Source: Eubacteriales bacterium (GTDB taxonomy: Bacteria > Bacillota > Clostridia > Christensenellales > UMGS416). Taken from it: 61,991 nt of DNA. The position numbers and the translations under genes were made by a program. Shown here piece after piece: positions 46,155 through 52,991 of the stretch. Each line of letters opens with the position of its first letter. Position 1 is the first letter of the stretch. The notes under the pieces were generated by a model. The model was not told where the DNA came from. It saw only the letters and a program-made list of their open reading frames with translations, and ran no database searches. The DNA lies in assembly GCA_028693155.1 (NCBI GenBank), contig JAQUVY010000001.1:1-61991 (forward strand). The letters run 5' to 3'.

Positions 46155-46368
46155 CATGAAAACACGCTTGCGCCGCCGGAAAAGATGGTAGCGTCCAATC
46201 GACAAAAAGCCTTATAGGCGAAGCCGTGTTTTGCCAAACAGGCGTGGCGCCGCTTTTGCAAAGCCACAGGGCAAAAAGCGATCAGAGCCTTTTTCATAAC
46301 CGGCGTGGCAGCCGGCTGCAGGATAGAAGAGACAATATGCCCTGCTGACCACAGCAGGGTATTTTTTT
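46155..46368 (+). ncRNA. Candidate structured RNA or riboswitch-like leader, about 210 nt, family unknown (weak GEMM-I-like motifs)
   Basis: Bounded by the promoter above and a strong terminator. No credible ORF. Contains caaac, an 18-nt gap, then gcaaagcc, plus agggcaaa and a ccggc/gccgg hairpin. Confidence 0.3.
46340..46368 (+). terminator. Intrinsic terminator
   Basis: ccctgctg acca cagcaggg followed by tattttttt. Confidence 0.8.
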
Positions 46369-46601
46369 AAGCGCTTGAGTCGCAAAGCACGACACAAATT
46401 GCCGCTTTTCCCGAGGCTTTGGGTGGGGCGGCCATCGCAAAAAAACCGTCGCGCCCGGCGCAAAACCCGCCGGGGGCCCGCGGTGCCAATGAACTTCTTC
46501 GGGCAAGACGCTGCGCGAAACGCGGGCGAATATGTTGCCGAAGCGTAAAAGTTTTGGAAGCAGTTCCGCAGATCGGATCAGAAAGGTTCTTGCATAGAAG
46601 T

Positions 46602-47429
46602 ATGGAAATGAAACGCCGTGTTTTGATCATCGAAGATAATTTACTCAACAGAAAAATGCTGGCAAAGATTTTAGAGCAGGAATATGAAGTGCTGGAAGCC
46701 GTGGATGGCCGGGAGGGACTGGCTCAGATCCAAAAGTGGCGCGACGAGCTCGCCGCCGTCGTTCTGGATCTGCGGATGCCGGAGATGGACGGATTTGCCG
46801 TGATGGCCGAGCTGGCACGGACGAAAATCGGAGAAAATCTGCCCATTGTCGTGACGACCGGGGAAACCGATCCCCAGTTGGAAAGCCGGTGCCTGAAAGC
46901 CGGGGCATGGGACTTTGTTTCAAAGCCGTATAACGCGGCTGTCATTCGGCTGCGCCTGCATAATGTTATCGGCCGCAGCCAGGCGTATCTGCTGGTGCAA
47001 ATGAAGCAGATGGCCGAGCGGGATGAGATGACCGGGATCTATAACCGCAAATATTTTATGCAAAAGACGCGGGAAATGCTCCAGGCTCATCCGGACACGA
47101 CCTACGCGCTGATTCGGATGGATGTGGATCACTTTCGCCTGTTCAACTCCTCCTACGGAACCGCGGCGGGCGACCAGCTGCTGATCAGCCTGGCAAAAAG
47201 CATTCGCCGAGACATCGTGCCCGGTGCGACCTATGGGCGAATCGAATCGGATGTGTTTTGCATTTGCGCGCCGTATTCCCCCGGGGAATTGGAGGCGCGG
47301 TGCAAGCAGGCGGTGGAAAATCGCCAAAGCATTTCGTCGGAATTTTTCTTAAAGCTTGCCTTTGGCATTAGCCGTTCTCTCTGCCAATATCCATACCCAT
47401 ATTTTCAAGAAGTTCAATATCGCTTCTAA
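46602..47429 (+). pseudogene. Response regulator (REC) with a degenerate GGDEF domain, 3'-truncated at the island junction
   Basis: RVLIIEDN ... VVLDLRMPEMDG ... KP receiver, then MTGIYNRKYF ... RMDVDHFRLFNSSYG ... RIESDVFCI (ESDVF in place of GGDEF). Family-like sequence stops at about 47365; the tail SRSLCQYPYPYFQEVQYRF is read-through into AT-rich DNA. Confidence 0.7.
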
Positions 47430-47574
47430 CGCTTCTGCTATCTGCTTCCACGCCGTTTTGATTTAGGTACTTTATGATTTCGGACATTTGGACGCTATGA
47501 TTTTCATCTGTGCGCTCTAACAGTAAATCTCTTATCAACAACAATTTTTTCTTTTGCCCTGATGATTTTGCCAT
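47368..47574 (-). pseudogene. N-terminal HTH fragment of a WYL/DeoR-type regulator
   Basis: MAKSSGQKKKLLLIRDLLLERTDENHSVQMSEIIKYLNQNGVEADSRSVRSDIELLENMGMDI matches the N-terminus of WYL-domain regulators. It ends after 68 aa exactly at the composition break. Confidence 0.55.
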
Positions 47575-47705
47575 AGTAGGAAACCCTTTCGGCTTTTCTT
47601 TTAGTATAGCATAAAAAGAATGAGACCCTACGTTATTTGAGTAGAAGCCCTCTTATTTGTTTTCTTCCATATGTTGTATCATTGCTTCTTCTTCAATTAG
47701 TTTGA

Positions 47706-47888
47706 CTAATTCATATGGACGCATATCAAAGGCTTATATGCCTCCCTCTGGCTCTTCCAACAATGTGCCATCACATCCTGATACCGAATAATAAGACAGT
47801 CTAACATCTTGCTGATAGGGTCTGCATTTTCATATGCCTCCTCCCAATCTATATGGTTGTTTTCATTCCATTCATAATAATCATACAT
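47706..47888 (-). CDS. Hypothetical 60-aa acidic protein (MYDY... start)
   Basis: Strong RBS aaggagg 8 nt upstream. No family recognised. A 23-codon ORF (47653-47724) in another frame continues it, so a frameshift is possible. Confidence 0.4.
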   Translation of the reverse strand: MYDYYEWNENNHIDWEEAYENADPISKMLDCLIIRYQDVMAHCWKSQREAYKPLICVHMN

Positions 47889-48034
47889 TTATGATTACCT
47901 CCTTGTTTTTTATATCTGCTGGCGGGTATATTGTGGGAAACGGCAAAATCCAAAGCCGAAAATTGCCCTTTCCACCCGCACGAGTTCTTTGAAATTCATT
48001 TGCGCGCGTCCATAATTGCGGACGGGCGCCATGG

Positions 48035-48313
48035 TTAAAAACTTCTTCTTATTCGCTCTACAAATTCCGCTGTCGTTTCAAATGGTTTTGGTTTATCTCT
48101 TTCATCCCTCCACCACTTCTTTTTGGAAGCTGCGGGCTTTTGCCCGCAAGAATTAACTCCGTCAGGAGTTAATTCTCCCTTATTTGTTTTATTTATCTTA
48201 TGCCAAGTGGTATAACGCGAGATTTGCTTTCCCATATCATCGCGCCCTAAACAAGAGCGAAACTTATAGGAAATTACTTTGCCGTCTTTGATGTTCTTGA
48301 TGATTGTTGCCAT
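48035..48313 (-). pseudogene. Tyrosine-integrase N-terminal fragment (element 2)
   Basis: MATIIKNIKDGKVISYKFRSCLGRDDMGKQISRYTTW parallels the N-terminus at 49759. The remainder is unrelated sequence. ORF track 48035..48598; the start used here is ATG 48313. Confidence 0.55.
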
Positions 48314-48340
48314 TGATAACATTTCCTTTCTGTTATCAAT
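48312..48340 (-). promoter_or_regulatory. Hairpin enclosing the integrase RBS and touching the start codon (element 2)
   Basis: attgataac / gttatcaat 9-bp stem, 11-nt loop containing aaaggaaa on the mRNA strand. Confidence 0.45.
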
Positions 48341-48413
48341 GCTTTCAAGCCACTTTGGACAATCTGTGTGCTTTTTTGTGTGCTTTTTCTCTGAATGCGG
48401 TTCAGATAAAAAA

Positions 48414-48449
48414 GAAATGGCCTTGTAAATACGATTACAAAGCCATTTC
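48414..48449 (-). terminator. Intrinsic terminator immediately 3' of the partial tRNA copy
   Basis: gaaatggccttgtaa / ttacaaagccatttc stem (one mismatch). T-run on the minus strand (reverse complement of ataaaaaag). Confidence 0.6.
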
Positions 48450-48451
48450 AA

Positions 48452-48498
48452 TGGTCTGGGTGAGAGGATTTGAACCTCCGGCCTCTTGAACCCCATTC
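48452..48498 (-). repeat. att-core repeat: copy of the 3' 47 nt of tRNA-Pro
   Basis: 45 of 47 positions identical to 49914-49960. The two differences form a compensatory base-pair change in the T-stem. No matching 5' half follows. Confidence 0.85.
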
Positions 48499-48635
48499 TC
48501 GCCACGCTGTGGGCTTCGCCCACAAGGGAGAACCAAAAAACACCGATATAGCGCAGTTTTTCTATATTTATTATACCAAAAACGGCGATAAATCGCAATG
48601 AAAAACAAGCCGTTTTTAATGGTTTTCAACGGTTT

Positions 48636-48655
48636 TGTTGACCTTTTTGTTGACA
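48636..48655. repeat. Pair of TGTTGAC(C/A) direct repeats at 12-bp phasing (distal arm of element 1)
   Basis: tgttgacc at 48636-48643 and tgttgaca at 48648-48655. Confidence 0.5.
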
Positions 48656-48920
48656 TAAAAAGTATAGGAAAAACGCTTATATTACTGCAAAAAAACATAA
48701 GCAAGAAACGGAGAACAGCGCAAAAAAAGAGGGTGAATATCAAAATCACTCTCTTTCTCTTATGCTACTGTATTCAGTTAGGTAGAACTTCACTTTATGG
48801 AAAACAAAGAAACCTCAATATATAAACATATAAGTATTACGGCCCACAAGACGCTTTGCGCGCTCTGTCCCGCGCCTTGCGCACCATTGCCTATCCATAG
48901 CGTCCCTGCCGCAAAACCCG

Positions 48921-49304
48921 TTATAAGTCGATTCTGATGTTCTTTTTGCCTAACTGCGCCTTTATTTCTTTCATAATCCTGTCGCTTATCATCTGTTTCA
49001 CTTTACTGTCGCGGAATATCTCTTCGCCCGTTGATAGCGCCACCGCAACGCACGTTTCAATGTCATAAGTGGTCGCGCCCACCAACCTTGTAACTGCTTC
49101 GTTGTATATCGCGGCGGCTATCGGCGGCACAAGTTCCTCAATCATCTTTGGCACAAGTTCCCGTATCGCTTTTACCGCTTCTTCGCGCATTTCTTTATGG
49201 TGTTGTTCTGCTCTGCCCCCGTGTCCGTCCTGTGTGCTGAAACGCGACCCGTTACGCACATAAGCCGTTTTACCGTTCCAATCCTCATAATGATAATTGC
49301 TCAT
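48921..49304 (-). CDS. Hypothetical 127-aa protein (island cargo)
   Basis: ATGA overlap with the upstream ORF. RBS ggaga. Ordinary composition. No family recognised. Confidence 0.45.
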   Translation of the reverse strand: MSNYHYEDWNGKTAYVRNGSRFSTQDGHGGRAEQHHKEMREEAVKAIRELVPKMIEELVPPIAAAIYNEAVTRLVGATTYDIETCVAVALSTGEEIFRDSKVKQMISDRIMKEIKAQLGKKNIRIDL

Positions 49305-49759
49305 CGCTTTTTATCTCCATATAAATAGTGGCGCCTGCCAAGTTCAACGTATTTGTGATAGTATTGATTCACTTCTTCCTCCGTTGTATTGGATGGTAAG
49401 TCCATTTCTTCATCATCAGTATATAAATAGTCATACATATGTTCTCCGTCGCACACGCGAAGCGGAAACCATGTGTTTTGGATAAAGTCCGCAAAGTCTG
49501 TTTTTGCCCTGTCAATCTCCCGCGCTTTAACTCTCGCGGGGTCTTTCAAGTCCTGTTCATACTCTGCCTTAATTTGCTTTTCCCACTCATTGGCGGCGGC
49601 CTTTGCGGCGCGCTCTGCCTTTGAGGGCGTTAGACTTTCGGGGGCTTTCCACGTTGTACAGCGAAAAATCTGTTTTCCCTTTTCTGTTCGTCCCAAGAAG
49701 CACTTGAATTTGTACGATACTGTTTTACCGTCCTTGATGTTTGCTGTGATACTTGCCAT
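49301..49759 (-). pseudogene. Tyrosine-integrase N-terminal fragment fused to unrelated sequence (element 1)
   Basis: MASITANIKDGKTVSYKFKCFLGRTEKGKQIFRCTTWKAPESLTPSKAERAAKAAANEWEKQIK...FIQNTWFPLR is an integrase arm-binding/N-terminal region. No catalytic domain. The tail begins MYDYLYTDDEE. Confidence 0.6.
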
Positions 49760-49788
49760 TGATAGCCTCTCTCTTTCTTGCTATCAAT
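49758..49788 (-). promoter_or_regulatory. Hairpin enclosing the integrase RBS and touching the start codon (element 1)
   Basis: attgatagc / gctatcaat 9-bp stem, 13-nt loop containing agagagagg on the mRNA strand. Differs from the 48312 copy by a compensatory pair. Confidence 0.45.
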
Positions 49789-49824
49789 GTTCTTTGGGCG
49801 GGGATAAGATGATTTCAGCCACTT

Positions 49825-49844
49825 TGTTGACCTATCTGTTGACC
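49825..49844. repeat. Pair of TGTTGACC direct repeats at 12-bp phasing (integrase-proximal arm of element 1)
   Basis: tgttgacc at 49825-49832 and 49837-49844. Confidence 0.5.
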
Positions 49845-49876
49845 TTGCCGCCAAAACCACTCATTCATAGAAAAAG

Positions 49877-49911
49877 AAAAACACCGAAAACTCTTTGTTT
49901 TCGGTGTTTTT
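49877..49911 (-). terminator. Intrinsic (bidirectional) terminator immediately 3' of tRNA-Pro
   Basis: aaaaacaccgaaaac tcttt gttttcggtgttttt: perfect 15-bp inverted repeat with built-in A and T runs. Confidence 0.8.
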
Positions 49912-49913
49912 CA

Positions 49914-49990
49914 TGGTCTGGGTGAGAAGATTTGAACTTCCGGCCTCTTGAACCCCATTCAAGCACGCTACCAAGCTGCGCTACACCCAG
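49914..49990 (-). tRNA. tRNA-Pro (anticodon GGG), CCA encoded
   Basis: The reverse complement folds by hand as CTGGGTG TA GCGC AGCTTGGTA GCGT G CTTGA ATGGGGT TCAAG AGGCC GGAAG TTCAAAT CTTCT CACCCAG A CCA, with T33, anticodon GGG and G37. Confidence 0.9.
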
Positions 49991-50058
49991 TTATGAGGCG
50001 GAAATAACTCCCGCCGAGCTCATCCAGCGGCGCTGCGCTCACCGAATCAGCATGTGTT

Positions 50059-50087
50059 ATTATATCCGCTTTTTAGAGTAAATGCAA
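50059..50087 (-). promoter_or_regulatory. Candidate promoter of tRNA-Pro (TTGCAT, 17-nt spacer, TATAAT)
   Basis: On the minus strand, ttgcat (50082-50087) and tataat (50059-64) with a 17-nt spacer, about 60 nt upstream of the tRNA 5' end. Confidence 0.55.
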
Positions 50088-50102
50088 GCTTTTTTTGCAA
50101 GA

Positions 50103-51479
50103 TTATGAATTCTTTTTTTCACCGTTTTGTCCATCGGAAGGTTTGGACGCAGGGGACTGCGGCTGACCCTCCGTGCGGCCGGGACGGGGTCCGCGCTGTG
50201 CCTGATTGGGACGGGGACGCCTGCGTCCGCTGCGCGCAGCGCCGGGTGCGCCTGCGGGCGCGGGAGAAGCAGCGGGCGCAGAAACAGCGCCTTCAGCACG
50301 GGCAGCCGGAGAATTCGGCACACCGGGCTGCCTGTCACCGCGATTGGGACGGGGACGGCGAGGCTGAGACGAGTTTCGATTTCCGCCGGCGGTGCGGGGC
50401 TCCCCGCCGCGCGTGCCGCCATTGGGCGCGCCGGAACGGCTGTCGCTGTTCTGGCGGTTCGGATTGCCGCGGCCGGCGCGCGGACGATCGCCGCCCTGAC
50501 GGGGCTGGGGACGTTCGGGCTTTGCGGGGGCAGGGGCAGCTGTGGTCTGGGCAGAGGCCGGCTTTTCCACATAGGTCTTGCTGCCGTCGTAAAAGACCAC
50601 ATCGGGGATCACGTCGTTTTCCTCCACCGGCGCGGCGGGCTTGGCATCCACGAAGGTGGCAACGCCGTCGCGGTTTTCCAACTCGTCCAGCGAATATTCG
50701 CGCAGCTCGATGCTCTGATCCCTGGAGTTTTCGAACCGTACTTTAACGCGTTCGCGCAAAATATTGACGTCTTGAACGGTGCCCTGCCCCCGGGAAGTCT
50801 GCACTGCGCTACCGCGTTTGGGGCAGCGCTTCAGCGTCTGCTGGTAAAAGGGCTGTTCATAACCCAGGCAGCACATCAGGCGGCCGCACAGGCCGGAAAT
50901 TTTGGCCGGGTTCAGGGATAGGCTTTGATCCTTTGCCATACGGATGGAAACCGGAGCAAAATCAGTCAAAAAGCCGCGGCAGCACACCTCGCGGCCGCAG
51001 GCGCCCAGCCCGCCCAACAGCTTTACCTCGTCGCGCACGCCGATCTGGCGCAGCTCGATGCGGGTCTTGAAAACGGAGGCAAGATCTCTGACCAGCGAGC
51101 GGAAGTCCACCCGTCCGTCGGCTGTAAAGAAAAAAACGATCTTGCTGTTGTCAAAGGCATATTCGGCCTCTACCAGGTTCATTTCCAGCTTGTGTTCCTG
51201 AATCTTGCGCTGGCAGATCTCCATAGCCTGCTTTTCGCGAGCCTCATTTTCCAGAGCCACGCGCTTATCCTCGGCCGTGGCCACGCGAATCACTTTTTTC
51301 AGCGGTTGTACAATTTCTTCTTCTGCAACTTCTTTGGGAAGAATGGTTACCTCACCGCATTCCACCCCGCGGGCAGTTTCCACTACGGCATAGTCCCCCC
51401 GGGAGATCTCCAGTCCGTTTGGATCAAAATAATAGGTTTTTCCGGTTCGTTTGAAACGAACACCGACAATAATTGCCAT
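50103..51479 (-). CDS. ricT: PSP1-domain protein YaaT/RicT with a long C-terminal Arg/Gly/Pro-rich extension
   Basis: MAIIVGVRFKRTGKTYYFDP ... GACGREVCCRGFL ... CGRLMCCLGYE is the YaaT core (about the first 280 aa). Roughly 170 further low-complexity residues follow. Confidence 0.85.
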   Translation of the reverse strand: MAIIVGVRFKRTGKTYYFDPNGLEISRGDYAVVETARGVECGEVTILPKEVAEEEIVQPLKKVIRVATAEDKRVALENEAREKQAMEICQRKIQEHKLEMNLVEAEYAFDNSKIVFFFTADGRVDFRSLVRDLASVFKTRIELRQIGVRDEVKLLGGLGACGREVCCRGFLTDFAPVSIRMAKDQSLSLNPAKISGLCGRLMCCLGYEQPFYQQTLKRCPKRGSAVQTSRGQGTVQDVNILRERVKVRFENSRDQSIELREYSLDELENRDGVATFVDAKPAAPVEENDVIPDVVFYDGSKTYVEKPASAQTTAAPAPAKPERPQPRQGGDRPRAGRGNPNRQNSDSRSGAPNGGTRGGEPRTAGGNRNSSQPRRPRPNRGDRQPGVPNSPAARAEGAVSAPAASPAPAGAPGAARSGRRRPRPNQAQRGPRPGRTEGQPQSPASKPSDGQNGEKKNS

Positions 51480-51500
51480 CGTGTTTCCTCCAAAAGGTGT

Positions 51501-52445
51501 TTAGCAGGGGGTACCATGCCTGCCGCCGAGGATCTTAAAAACAAGGGCATCGGCCAGCAGAGAGTAAGTGACGTTATAATAAAGGGCTTCACGGGCGGCC
51601 ATGCAGGCGTTCAGCGCCTCAAAGGCCTGCTCCTGACCGCACAGCATTTGCTGGCGCAGGGCAGATTCCCAACAGGTGAGAACCTCTCCGAGATTTTTTC
51701 TGTGGCTTTGCAAAAAATCCAGTGCTTCTGCGGCGCCTTGCCCGTGAAGAAGTTTTTCCAGCGTTGCCTGGCCGGCCTGCCAGGCTTGCCAGGCATCGGG
51801 ATCGTCCAGCAGGGACAGCGCTTTGCCCATGCTGCCGTTGGCCAGCACCGCCGCGGCCTGCGCGCGGTCTTTTTCGGCTCCCAGCTGCTGCAGACGCCGG
51901 GCGATCACATCGCTTTCCAGCGGCTGTGTGTGTAGCACGGCGCAGCGGGACAGGATGGTGCTGAGCAAGGCCGATAAATTTTCTGCCAAAAGGATCAGTA
52001 CGGTTCCCGCAGGGGGCTCCTCCATGGTTTTCAAAAGCGCGTTTTGCGCCTGCACAGTGAGCAGCTGCGCCGCCTCGAGCACGACAACATGGCGCGAAGC
52101 ATACGGGCGCAGTGAAATATCCTGTGTCAAAGCACGCACCACATCTACACCGTGAGAATCCTTTTCCGCGCAGTCGATCCAATGGAGGTCGGGATGGTTG
52201 CCCTGCGCGAGCTTGCGGCAGGCAGGGCATTGGCCGCAGCCGCCCGCCTGCGTGGGCTGTTGGCATAAGAGGGCTTGGGCGTACAACCGGGCCAGCGTGT
52301 GCTTGCCGGTACCGGACGCTCCGGTAAAAACACAAGCATGAACAATCCGCCCTGACGACAGACCCGAAAGAAGGCGGTCGGTCAGGGTGGATTGTCCAAT
52401 CAGATCATGAAAACTTTGCGGCTGAGCCGCAGAGACATCAAACAC
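51501..52445 (-). CDS. holB: DNA polymerase III delta-prime subunit
   Basis: FHDLIGQSTLTDRLL ... HACVFTGASGTGKHTLA ... CGQCPACRK. GTG start directly after the darA stop. Confidence 0.85.
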   Translation of the reverse strand: MFDVSAAQPQSFHDLIGQSTLTDRLLSGLSSGRIVHACVFTGASGTGKHTLARLYAQALLCQQPTQAGGCGQCPACRKLAQGNHPDLHWIDCAEKDSHGVDVVRALTQDISLRPYASRHVVVLEAAQLLTVQAQNALLKTMEEPPAGTVLILLAENLSALLSTILSRCAVLHTQPLESDVIARRLQQLGAEKDRAQAAAVLANGSMGKALSLLDDPDAWQAWQAGQATLEKLLHGQGAAEALDFLQSHRKNLGEVLTCWESALRQQMLCGQEQAFEALNACMAAREALYYNVTYSLLADALVFKILGGRHGTPC

Positions 52446-52775
52446 TTATACCTTCTTGAACTGCTCCACGTTCATGACAAAGATCGTGGCGCCGCCCACC
52501 ATAACCTCTACCGGGTAGGGCATATACACACCCGAGGAGCCGGCAATGGGGGAGGGAGAAGTGGCGATCTGCTTGCGCGATTTGCAGATTTTCTCGATCA
52601 CGGCCATCGCGCCGTCGAATTTTTCTTCATCTACGCCGATCAGCAACGTGGTATTGCCCGCCCGCAGAAATCCACCGGTGGTGGCAAGCTTGGTGACGCT
52701 GTAGCCTTCGCTCATCAGGCCGCTGACAACGCGCCCCGAATCCTCGTCCTGTACGATGGCAATAATAAGCTTCAT
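52446..52775 (-). CDS. darA: Cyclic-di-AMP receptor protein (PII-like, YaaQ/DarA)
   Basis: 109 aa. MKLIIAIVQDEDSGRVVSGLMSEGYSVTKLATTGGFLRAGNTTLLIGV. Lies upstream of holB-yaaT as in B. subtilis. Confidence 0.8.
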   Translation of the reverse strand: MKLIIAIVQDEDSGRVVSGLMSEGYSVTKLATTGGFLRAGNTTLLIGVDEEKFDGAMAVIEKICKSRKQIATSPSPIAGSSGVYMPYPVEVMVGGATIFVMNVEQFKKV

Positions 52776-52991
52776 AGGATCATCCTCCTGTTATGAAGTA
52801 TCGCGTGAATTCGTTTGATTGGTTATAGTATACCCATTTTATGTGGAAATGGCAACGAAAATTACACAATAGCGGGGAGAAGCGCGCATAAACGCCACAA
52901 AATCTCCTCCCAGGCAGAATTTTTATTTTATTCACACATACGTCACATGCGTTGTGTATAATACAACAACATCAAGCAAAGGGAGCGAGTC

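Larger units (their letters stand above)
47371..49913 (-). mobile_element. Two stacked, decayed tRNA-Pro-targeting integrative element remnants (CIME-like)
   Basis: AT-rich block. A 47-nt copy of the tRNA 3' half at 48452-48498. Two truncated integrase N-termini, each next to a core copy with its own terminator hairpin. Confidence 0.6.

Noticed and set aside
48452-48530. Possible second tRNA-Pro gene
   Set aside because: Only the 3' 47 nt match. The sequence beyond the anticodon loop cannot form the anticodon stem, D-arm or acceptor 5' strand, so it is an att-core remnant and not a gene.
50054-50921. Multiple overlapping ORFs in all frames within the yaaT 3' region
   Set aside because: They result from the extreme GC-rich, repetitive coding sequence of the YaaT tail. 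Only the minus frame is continuous with the PSP1 core.
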